In this document: piece after piece, positions 49,801 through 60,639 of the stretch | How the letters are laid out: each line of letters begins with the position of its first letter | Position numbering within the stretch: the stretch's first letter is position 1 | Assembly: GCA_048772705.1 (NCBI GenBank) | Contig: JBLWGC010000208.1 | Location: 62,001-126,000 of the forward strand | Direction: 5' to 3' | DNA from: Leidyana gryllorum EB-2025a | Lineage: Eukaryota; Protista; Apicomplexa | DNA length: 64,000 bases | Position numbers and translations under genes: made by a program | Notes under the pieces: generated by a model | The model's database searches: none | Seen by the model: the letters and a program-made list of their open reading frames with translations, nothing else | Told to the model about the DNA's origin: nothing

Positions 49801-50346
49801 CGTTGCTGAGGGACTTTTTGGGATCCCGCAGAATCAAGAAGCTGGTGAATGACCATCCGCAGACCATAGCGAGACAGCTTATGGTTCACGGGTTGCCAGT
49901 TCAGGTAAAAGTCAACTGCAACTTCTCTCTCCAACGGTCACTTTCTTCTCTCGCAGGGTCTGGTGCCAGTAATACCCAACCGTCCCAAGAGACATGCTCA
50001 ACCTACCGGATGGCCCTATACGCTGTATCGGTACACTTTGTTTGACATGTGGATGGCTGTACGAGAAATCACACCCATATTTGTGCTCCAAGTTTACTAC
50101 AGCTGTTTCTTGGTGGGGGCCGGTGTCGAATGTCGGGACTGGCGCCGACTATCAGATTTGAGACCCGGGCCTGTCTTTGAGGCCATCGAGTCGGACAGCA
50201 GACCGCCCCACCCAATACGTTGCGGGTCTGTACAAGAACCTCCCGAACTGAAAGAGGCAATGATGAAACTCACCGATATCTTGGATGTCGGTCTAGCGAA
50301 AATGCAGGAATTTGCGGCCCTTCTTCTCGGGCTTCAGCAATATTAG
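46845..50346 (+). CDS. Large hypothetical protein (~1050 aa), multi-exon
   Basis: 879-aa ORF plus flanking exons (introns 46912-46934?, 47234-47279, ~49905-49956); CASLCRRCPTC Cys cluster; no family recognised. Confidence 0.7.
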
Positions 50347-50437
50347 TGCAGTGTTAGGTAGTTAGCTGTGACTTACCACTGAATCGAACAAGACGATAGT
50401 ACTTTCTTCTGGGCTGTGTTAAAAAAGCCGCCCACAC

Positions 50438-53400
50438 ATGGCGTTCTTCGAGGCGGAGTGGCGGTGGAGATTGCAGAAGGCCGCCAACTCAGATGTGGGC
50501 AAAGAGGTTCAGAATCTCACCAGATCCAATGAATGCTTCGAAGCCGGCATCACGGCCTTCGCCAATCAGATCTTCCGCGGCGGCAAACCCGTCGCCGAGA
50601 CTTCTGTCGAGACTATATTGTACCTCCTAACCTCCCAAGCCTCGCCTATTCGAGTGAAAATCCTGGCCATAGAGGTCAGTCACCTTCAGTGCTATTGGAA
50701 TCCACCCGGACTCGATATTTATCTCACTTTCCTGCAGCTCCTGGAGAAGCTCTGCGCTGTGGATGCGACTCACACCGCGAAGCTCTGCCGCTCCATGGGG
50801 GTGTTGGAGTATCTGCGGATGCTCGGCTTTGGTCGAGCTAAAGATATAAATCTCTTGTTGAAGAGGACAGTGGCCGAAGCGGAACTCAAATCTTCCGGAG
50901 TCGATAGCCTCGGCAACGCCGCACGACTTTTTGTCCAACAGTGGGTACGTGGAACCCCTTCCCTCTAACAGACTTCCACCTTCGTTCACCAGGAGACCCT
51001 CTATGGCGATCGCGAGTCCCTGGCTTCCTCTCCTGAATCCTCGACAGCCTCACCTGTGCACCGCGACGAGGTGGAGGATACCAATATCAAGTTGAATGTC
51101 CCTCGACTGGAGATAACCCCGGTCCTCGGCGCCCCAAGAAGGCGGACCAGCTGTGAGTAATCTATGATCGCGCGAGCCAATATTTGGATTTCGTCCTCTG
51201 TACAGTCTTCTCTGGGCGATCTAAGAAGCCGACGGCCGCTCCGTGAGTCGCTGCTGCGCTTTGGCGGAGGTATTTGAATTAATATTGTCTGTAGAGCTCC
51301 ACAGACGGCCAGACCCGCCACTGCCCGACCCTCTCCCCCGCGGACCAGCAATCCCCAGCGTCCGCCTCGTCCTACGTTGGCGTCGCAGCTGGCGAACGCA
51401 GAGGAGCTCGTCAAAACCATGCAAGACTGTTTAGGCGCTAACGCAACCCCAGAGTCGGCTGCGGGTGCATTGAAGGAGGTTCACAAAGCCCTGAAAGAGT
51501 GAGCGCGACACGACATTGGGGACGCGGGGAAAATTGAACGATCGTAGGGCCTCGGAGGGACTGCAACAAGAGGCATCGCGGGCTGTGGATGAAGAGCGGA
51601 TGGCCGACTTTTCCCGGATCTCCAAGGTGAGAAGAAGATGGGCGGTCGCTTTTGAGTCACTCTTAAAAGTGTGTTGATGAGGTGAATCTGGCGCTTCAAA
51701 TGCACGATCGTTTCCTGGAGGGAGGAGGCAACGCGTCTGCGGGTAGTCCCAAGATGCAGTCTGCCCAGAGTGTCGTGTCAGCGAAACGAGCTGATGACTG
51801 GGCAGACTTGGGAGAAGGCCAATCACATCAATCACCTGATTTAATTAACAACGAGACCAAACCAATTGAAGACGGCGCCGGTGGCAATAACGACTTTGCC
51901 ACGAATGAATGGGCCAGAGCGGCCAGTAATGGAACGATTGGCAATTGGTTTGAGAATACCTCCCTCGACCAAAACGGGGATGCCCTCGCACCCTTTGAGG
52001 CGACCACGGCTCTACCCAGGCAGAGTCCGCAGGTGATCCCTCCTCCTCCCCCCCCAATCCAGGATCCACCGCCTTCTTGGGAACTGCCTGCGGCGAAGAG
52101 CAAGGTCAAGTCCCGAAAACACCGCAGCCGTACACCCACCCGGGACAAGACCGCTCCGAGTCTCACCAACAGTGATGGACAACTGAGCCCGAAGGGGGGG
52201 GCGAGCAGTCAGATGAGCTCCTCTCTCAAGAAGAAGAACGCCTCCCCCAACCGCGACGCGGGGAGCGTTCTTCGCGGAATCTCATCACAGGAGCCCCTGC
52301 CGAGTAGCGTGATGACCAGTCGGCCGGAGACGGCACAATCTGTGATATCACGAAGAGTCCCACAACGTGCAGTCACAGATCGGGGACCGGAACCGCCAAA
52401 GTTCTCTCCCCAGTCCGCGGAGGGAGGGGGAGACTCCCGCGACGTCTTCTTCGGCACCGATCCCTTCCAACTGCCGGCTGACTCGTCGCCAGTGCTTCCA
52501 CCACCAGGTGGTGGGCTCCCCCCTCGTCCCCGGCCCGCCGAGAGAAGTGGTGGTGGTCGACTACACATGGCGACGAGTGCCTCACCGTTCGGTCGTCGGG
52601 GTCCTCCTGTAGCAGATACGTCCCACTTCATGGATCCTCAACCCCGGGCAGAAGCCAATAAACGGATTTTGGTGAGGATGTGGTGTGTCTCCACGGTCTG
52701 ATGACGTCCCCAGAGCTTGGAGACTTCATTGCAAGAAGCGCGATCACAATTAGAATCACTGCAGAAGGCAAACGAGGAGAAGGACAGAAGGCTGGTTGAC
52801 CAAACCCGGGAGGTGGAGGCTATGAAGAAGGATCTGGCACGGGCCCAAGCTGCACACGTCGAAGCAAAGAGAGCTGCAGATCACGCCAAAGAGATGTGGA
52901 TGAAGGAGGCCGCGCGAGCCACGTCGTTACACACCAACTTGAGTCAAAAGGAGCGAGAGCTCGAAGAGCGTGATGTTGAATTAAGAGATCACAAACGTAG
53001 TCGTGTCTCTCTCGAGAAGCGCGTGAAGCAACTAGAGTGAGGAGGCGACGACGAGGACAACAGCTTCATATGGTCTTAGGTATTTGCTCTCGAAGGAGAG
53101 TCGTCAGGCTGCCGCCGCGAACATTGATTCGGGTGACGACGAGTGAGTGTTGTTCGGATTAGATCTTGACTTGAACAAATTGGACGCACAGAGCACTCGC
53201 CGAGGCACCAACCAGTCCACCTCCCCCATCCTTCCCCGATAGTGCCCCCAAGTCAAGAAGTAGTGGACATTTGCTGTCACCTACCGCCGGTCAAGTCGCA
53301 GCCCGCGATGTACAATGGAAAGAGGGCAGATTCGGTACCACATGGATTGGTACCATGTCTCCAGAGAACTTGACGCGGTTTCGGAAGTTACTCTGCTGTG

Positions 53401-54327
53401 ACGAAGGCCTTCTGTATATTGCTCCAGGGATTATGGAGATTGGGTTCAAGTCATATTTCAACGGAACGCACTGTGTTTCCCGCATCTATTTTGGCAATCT
53501 CTCTCCAGGCACCTTCGACAATCTAACAGTGGTATACCAACGACATGATTGGAGCTCAGGAGAAGGCGATCTCGAGGACGAAGGTGAGGCGGCAGCAGCA
53601 AAGGGAGAGAAACCTCCAATCCTCTCAGATCTAATGGAATGGCAGGCCTCGCCCCTCCCCACCTCCTTGTGCCAGGGACAACAAGTGTGTCAGTCTTTCA
53701 TCATCGATCTCTTGGGTCCCTATCGGAGTTGCCCCGTCGCGCGTATCCGCTTTCTGCTCGCTGACGCGACGCCCTACCTGATTACACTGCGATTGCCATT
53801 ACCAGTGACCAAATTCGTCTCCCCTCTAAGTCTGGCAACTGCTGACTTCTTCAAACTATGGAAATCTCCCATATACCTCCTGCATGAGAGTGAGCGAAAC
53901 ACTCGTAACACTGAGTGACAATGTCTCACAGCCACCGCCATTGTTACCATCCAACCAGCCCTTCTCCAGCCGATCTCGCGGTTAACCACGTTACTGACTT
54001 TGGTGAGCGGTCATTTATTTCAGATAACATGCGCTGCTACCTATAGGGGGGCTCGTTACATGTTCACATTGGACTGGATGCTGATCCAAGCAATTTGGTG
54101 GGTTCTAAGGAGATTCTTCTGACTGATTATCGCTCGCTGTAAAGGTTTTCGCTGGAACGTATCCACTGCCCGAGGAGCATAGAGCTGAACCAGCCAATAC
54201 TGTGTTAGTCCGATTGGAGCTGGGCTCTGGGCCGTACCTTGGTAAAGGTCGTGTTGCCGTAAGGTCCGATAGTGCTCGCCTTTCCCAAGGTGTGCGGACA
54301 GTCGTTCTCGCCTTATGTGCGCAGTAA
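50438..54327 (+). CDS. GGA-like monomeric endocytic adaptor: VHS-GAT-linker-coiled coil-alpha-adaptin ear (KIC4/KAE-like)
   Basis: VHS-like helices ending FVQQW; spliced GAT-like ..CVDEVNLALQMHDRF; DPF/WxxL-type motifs in linker; coiled coil 52717-53040; ear RFRKLLCCDEGLLY..EIGFKS..IYFGN..LRLPLPVTKFVSP..DFFKLWK. Confidence 0.8.
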
Positions 54328-54360
54328 TTATGAATGCGCGAGTGCCAAGTAGTTTATGGT

Positions 54361-57200
54361 CTACCCTTTCCTATGCCAAAGACTCGCCATTGCAGCTACC
54401 AACGAGCTTCTCTTAGGCCCTTCCGATACCTCTGCGTCCATTTCGATGGGGGATTGCATGTCATTCTCATTCTCATTCCCCTCCGCCATATCCTCCTCCA
54501 TGTCTCTGGGCGGTGACCCATATTCATCCCAACACCCATCCAGATCCTCCAGCCCATCAGCCAACTGGGTGGCGAGAGAGTTGTCAGAGGGCTCTGGTGG
54601 TGGAGCTATGGTCGGTGAAGTCCGAGTGATGGTCAAAGCTCTTTGTTCGTCTGCAATCTGGTGTGGCTGCAAGTCGCTGGGATCCACGGGGGTCGGAACC
54701 ACCATCCCGATATTTTCGGCAGCGAGCAGGAGAACTCGCCCGAAAGCACAGTGGAGTCGCCCGGTGATTAACACTTTCCCGTAGTTGCCGCTTAAGCGTT
54801 GGTGCTGTTCCGCGTTGAGTTGCCGAAAGAAGCTCACAAAGGAGTCGAGTGCGGCAATGGGTTGATGCTCGTAGGCAATGATTTGGGTGGTGGGGGCCCT
54901 GGGGTCAATCCCCGCGGCCAATTCCAGCAGGCGAAGGCCAAGAAGCCGCTTCCCGGGGACATTCGTGATCTCCTCTTCAGGGTCGTCACAAATCGTTTCA
55001 AAAGTGTCCTCTACCAAGAAAGCATCTTCCTCGTTCAAATTTCTTCGACGAGTTACTGGATCAGTCCGGCCCGGAGCCCACTTCTCTCTCTCCCCCACGG
55101 CCAACGCGTGGTTCCAACAGTCCAATATTTGGAACCAACGCTTGCCCGGAGGGCTTAATTCTGGTTTCTGAGGCACTGTGGCCGCACCTGCTGCTCTGGC
55201 TTTTCTTTCACAGGCCTGAAGGAAAGCCTGTCAAACAGTGATGAGTCAGTCGAAATGACGGACATTGACTTACCTCCAGTGAGGAAGTGGGCAACGGTTG
55301 CGACGGATCACACACACCGAATCGTCCATCTGTTGTAATCAATTGCAGATCCATTTCACTCCTCTGCTTTCTTTATCGACGATACTTGTTTTCTCAACTC
55401 CGCCAAAGTAACTCGAGTCGCCTCCTTCCCCTTTGGGGTGACGACTGACGTTGGAAAAGACGGCAAAGAGATAAAGTTGGGATACTCTCTACCAGTTGAA
55501 CGATTAACTCTCTCAGCCATCTCCACCAGCTTAGCCCCAATTTGAGGGTCTACATTCTCCCATTTCTGACATACCATTTTCAGTCGCGGCCACCGACGCG
55601 CTACCCACCTTTCGGAATTCTATCCACGCGTCCTCGTTCTTCATCGGAGCAAACTCGAACAGTCCATCCAACTTTGGATTAGCTGCCGTCCACACCAAGT
55701 TCGTTATACGCTTTGCGAATTCCAGCTGTGTGGTCCATCAATGAATTCGCCTCCCCTATCCCTATCGCGCTTACCGTCCCCCAGTCTAAACTCCTGATGG
55801 CCGGCGCGGTCGTTGTTTTGGCCTGCAGGAACCGCGGCGTCAGCATTTCTGCCAGTGGACCGGTAGCCCGAGGCCGTTGCCGAGCGACCACTTCCGGACC
55901 CAGCATTCTGGGTGTCTCCTGCATATGCGACGAAGCCCGCCCAGTACTGCCTCCGTCCTCCTCACGTTGCCTCAGGACTGACAGCCGTTGATTCAACGCA
56001 ACCAACTCCTCTTCCAAATCCGCCAACCTGACAGAAGCCACCCATCATTCACCGATAAGCATTCGGACGTACTGTTTGTTATCTGCAGCGTTTTGCTCCT
56101 CCTCCATCTCATCACTGGTATTAAGCTGTTTAATTTGGAACTCAACTTCGGCTTTACGCAGATACAAATCTCTCCAGTTCAGTGTCTTTATCCTTCCCAA
56201 ACGACCACCTTCGTGATCCTCCGCCTTTCGCTTCAGAATTGCTTCCACATCCTCTTCCGTGAATGTAAAGTTACGCAACCGATCGGCAGTGGTTTGCAGC
56301 ATCTCTGGCAATGTCTGGAGCTTGTCAGACCCCGCACGTCCAGTGAACAGTTTAAGCAAAGCTTTCCATTCCGTCAATTCGTTTGCCCGGAACGGCTACA
56401 GCAAGACGCATCACATCTACCCCTTGATTTACGCACTTACTTGATTCTGAACCAACGCAAGATCTAATTTACTCTTACGAATCTTCAACGAACCGTCTTG
56501 CCGAGAAGTATATTGGAGGATGGTAAGCTCATACGGAATCGACTTATTACGACCGTCAACCACAACTTTGTCAGCTTCGTTCAATGCCGTAGACTTGGTT
56601 ATTTGAGCGGGCAGAAAATGATCGACCTTTTGTGCATCTCGGCCTTCAGCTTGTATCATCTCCAAGTCAGGGTATCGTACATAAGCACCACGAATGTATT
56701 CATCGAACCTGTAAAACATGCAACAACAAGCGTTCTGCATTAACTCACTTTGGATGCTCCAACATGTGCAGTAGCTTCTGACTGCCTAACCGCACGGCCT
56801 CCAGCATCTCCAGAGTGATGTTGGCGACCGCTCGTTCTAATTTACGATCAATGAGATTACGGGAGGCGATGTCCTCGAATAATTGCTCTGGAGGCGCATG
56901 CTTTTGATGACCTGCCCCCGACGATCCTTGAGGAGCCCCGAGGATCGCTTCGTCATCAAAGTCTTCCTCCTTCAGCCTGCGTCGCTTGGCATTTCCCAAC
57001 GGAGGGTTTGATCTGCCTGCCTTCCGCTTCCGTGGTTGTCCAGAGTGGTCATCACTTTCTACAGTGCCACCTTGCTTTCCACCGATAGCAGAGTCCTCTT
57101 CGTCTACACTCGGTACGAAGTCACTCTGATAAGCGTCACTTTCATTGTTACGGGTCAACGGAGCGTCATCATCCTCATCGGCATCATAGTCACCTCTCAT
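54361..57200 (-). CDS. RTF1: RTF1 (Paf1 complex, Plus-3 domain), multi-exon
   Basis: LEAVRLGSQKLLHMLEHPK|FDEYIRGAYVRY..LVQNQ..WK..FTFTEEDVEAILKRK matches Plus-3 and following helix; acidic N-terminus. Confidence 0.7.
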
Positions 57201-57247
57201 GGTTCGCAAAAATTGACAAAAGCGTTATTTGGCTCCAACTGCTATCC

Positions 57248-58923
57248 TCAATTGACGACCGCGGTCAGCTCAGGCTCTTCTGAGCCATCCATGGTGGTGG
57301 TGGTGGTTGTCACCGTGTCAGGCTGTGATGCGTACGATTCACTACTACATCCAGACAGTTCACGACCACCCTTAGTCCCTTGCGCGCCACATGAACTGGG
57401 TTGCTGTTGACTGTTGCCTTGGGACTTGCGAGGCGAATTCTTTGCCGCTACAAATAAGGCACTTCCTTCTCCTCTATCTTCTATCTCGATTGCAGGAGGT
57501 GCTGACAAGTCTCTGCTTGATGCAGACGGTGTGGGGGTCGGAGTTGGGGGTGGCGCACGAGGCATCAAGTCGAACGGAATGTACATCTGAGACGAACGGG
57601 TTGTCGACTCATCTGACACTTCACTGACGGCACTTGAGCTCGTATCACGCACGCCATCTCCCCTATGGGAGGGAGTGGAAGCTGCACCCCGCAGAACACC
57701 GCCTCCGAGGACCTTGCGAATTGGACCTCTAGGTTTGAGGTGTAAAGCATCAAGCAAATAGTCTGTCGGATTAGATGTGTTGCCGGGGGCACCTTCACTC
57801 TGAGAATGGGGACCTGGGGACCGCGACGCAGTGTTGCTGCCCACAGTCTCCGACTTAGGATCTTCCCACTTCAGATTGAGGTACTCCACAGGCAGGTAAT
57901 ATGGGAAGTCAGATGGAAACCGGCCTGGATTCCCGCAGCTGTACGTCAAACTGTACGGTTGGGGAACCCAGTAAGCCACTCCGGGTTCCACCGGAAGCCT
58001 ATCGCCATACTCTCTGAACACCTGCTGACAACAATCCTTGTCCATGACAGATTCCCTGTTGAGGGCCAAAACTCTCAAGCTTTGAGACTGGAGCGTGCCA
58101 AGTTGCTATGGAGAATACTTATCAGGCGTTGGACGGGTAGCTCACCTCTACGAACTGAAAAGGTTGCTGGAAGCTGAAGCGGGAAGCAGAAGGATCGAGG
58201 ATCATCAGCAACTTCAGAAACCTAATGCGATCCTTGTAGGTTCGTCCAACCCGGACTGCAGCGGAGATTTCGCACATCTGATCGCCAACCGACAGGATGT
58301 CTAATTTGCACTTGCTGCCGTTGCTGGCACGCTCGTCCTCCTCTTTAAGGAACTGGCGCACACACGCCTGAAACTCCTTGCACTGGAAGGAAGGCAGTTT
58401 TTCAAGTGATATACGCCGATTCACTCACCTTGACCACTGTGTAGAACTCACGGAAGGCATCCTCCTTTTCAGCAGGGGGAGGCGGTCCAAGGGACACAAC
58501 CCAGGATTCCGTGCTGGTAAGCGTTATCTGATATTTCTTTAGAAGCTCATTCAGCTGGGGCAAGCAGTATGTAAGGTAGAAGTTTGCCACAGTCCGAGAA
58601 CCGGCATTAGTAATAATAATGATGCGGTCCACGCGGCGTAAGACGGCATCAAACAGGTTGTCAAGGGCGGTGAACATACCCGCTTCAACCAGCGCTTGAT
58701 TGATCTGCTTCACTATCTTTCCGTGTTGACTGTATGACTCCTCAGACCTCCAGCGCTGCATGATCCATGATGTCGGAATGAGCGTATTGTCTAGGTCGAA
58801 GAATGCGATGCGGCGCACGGACTCCCGTGGTTTCCGGCAGACAGGTATCAGGACGCGGCGTGAACGCCGCTTGTGTTGTTTAGAAACAACACTGTCCAGC
58901 GCCTCCGTTTCGTCCATCTTCAT
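57248..58923 (-). CDS. HAD-superfamily hydrolase-like protein with disordered C-terminus, multi-exon
   Basis: Motif I FFDLDNTLIPTSW, motif II IIITNA, motif IV LSVGD. Confidence 0.8.
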
Positions 58924-59068
58924 TGCGTGTGTGCCTTGAACCACACACAATCAAGCTTGTACCTGGCCATTTACTGACAAACAATGTTACTTTGGGACCG
59001 GCGTGGGGGTCGCATGTTACCCGTGGGGGCGTCACTACGACACACCAGGCGCTTCAATTCCACACATT
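58924..59068. promoter_or_regulatory. Putative bidirectional promoter with duplicated ATGTTAC..CGTGGGGG (G-box-like) and CACACA motifs
   Basis: 145-bp spacer between divergent HAD and ApiAP2 starts; ATGTTAC at 58984 and 59014, CGTGGGGG at 59002 and 59022. Confidence 0.4.
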
Positions 59069-60194
59069 ATGGATCGTTCGCCTTCGCGCGACCTCTATGA
59101 CTTCTCTGACTCGAGCCCTTCCTCAGAGTTCTCCAATAATGCTGACCTGAAGCTCCACAGACATGACCATGGGTCGACCTCGAGCGGGCGCGAGCCGCCA
59201 GCACGCGAAAAAACGCAGGCAGAGGATCCCGACGGCGAGGTGAACTCCATAGATGATCTTCTGTCGCAGTTGCTGAAGATCTCGAAGAAATCGCCCAGTG
59301 CCAGTCAGGCCAATTCCTATGAGTCTTTTCAAAGACTCATATCCACGCGCATGGGCACCGGTTCGGGGGCACCACCGAGCGGGGAACAGGCACCGGCTTC
59401 GATAATAATGCCCGATGTCAATGCGTCCACTCCGATCGAAGGGGAGAATACAGATCCATGGTTTGCTGACGAATCGGCGCTGGACGCCTTGATGTTCGGG
59501 GAATTGAAAGGCAACGAGCTTCACCAGGAAAACATGTCCGAGCTGACGCCCGAGGAAGAAGCAGGTGGGTAATATTGTCGTGAGTTGTGCTTGGGACGAC
59601 AGTGAACGTTTGCAGCTATATGTGCTCTCGTTCCCAAGCTAGTCAAAGTGTCGATCAGTAAACCGGTGAGAGGAGTTTATTTAGATCGACGACGGGGGCT
59701 GTGGCGAGCAAACTGGAGGGATGGTGGGAAAGTGAAGACGAAGGTATGTTCAATCCCGCACCACCGATCCATGGTTCGCTTGACAGGGATTCCGAATTCA
59801 GCAATGGGGTGAGCAAGAAGCACGTAGAAAAGCTGTAGAAGTCCGCAAATTAATGGAAACCCGGAGCTGTTTCCTGAAGCTTAAGGCCGTAGCTATCAAC
59901 GATGCTCAGCGAGAGCTTGCAACAGCTTCATGTTCGATGGACGATCCGTTCGCCTTGCATCCTCTGGGGTTGACAAGCTTCCCAATTTGGGATATGCCGC
60001 CACCGTTTCCTATGGAGCTCCCCCCACCAGCTTCATATGCAGCGGAGTCGGGTACGTCTCCGTCATCTAGCGCATCTAAAGCAGCCTCACGGCGGAAACG
60101 GTCATCGCGGTTGCCAAAAGCCAATTTACCCAGGACTAAGGCTCGATCTCAACCACCGACTAAAGGGGCGCTAATTTTCACAGATGTTTCTTGA
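59069..60194 (+). CDS. ApiAP2 transcription factor (single AP2 domain)
   Basis: Introns 59565-59615 and 59744-59786 give VRGVYLDRRRGLWRANWRDGGKVKTK|GFRIQQWGEQEARRKAVEVRKLME, a canonical apicomplexan AP2 domain not visible in the ORF track. Confidence 0.9.
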
Positions 60195-60250
60195 CTGTCT
60201 ATTGACTGCGCCAGCCTTCGACCGACTTAGATTACATTCGTCATCTTCAG

Positions 60251-60532
60251 CTAGAGATTCGCTACGGGATCTTTGGAGTGGTTGACCACTCGCCAGAGGG
60301 CTCTGGAGATCACCAGCACGATGGCTGCAATGAGAGCACAGTGAATCAAATTGCAGATACGGGTCGCTCGCTCCTCGTAAGACGTGTGGGCAGGTGGTCT
60401 TGCTTCGTTGACGTTGTCGTTGTTGGTCGGCGATTCGACGGGGCGGTAGCGGAGAGAGGTCATTGTTTTTTTGTTGGTGGCAATGTATGAGTGAGGTGGA
60501 TAAGGTAGAGATTCGGCGGGCAAGTTCGCCAT
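60251..60532 (-). CDS. Small protein with one C-terminal TM helix
   Basis: MANLPAES.. ORF with LIHCALIAAIVLVISRALW hydrophobic segment; fills the gap between neighbouring genes. Confidence 0.5.
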   Translation of the reverse strand: MANLPAESLPYPPHSYIATNKKTMTSLRYRPVESPTNNDNVNEARPPAHTSYEERATRICNLIHCALIAAIVLVISRALWRVVNHSKDPVANL

Positions 60533-60639
60533 GCTACTTCTTAATGCACGCACGATCGCGGCCACCTCGTCCCTCAACAAAAAGACCTCTGAATGAACGA
60601 CCACTTCGACGGCGATCAGCTGAAGCCACATGGCTAGAT

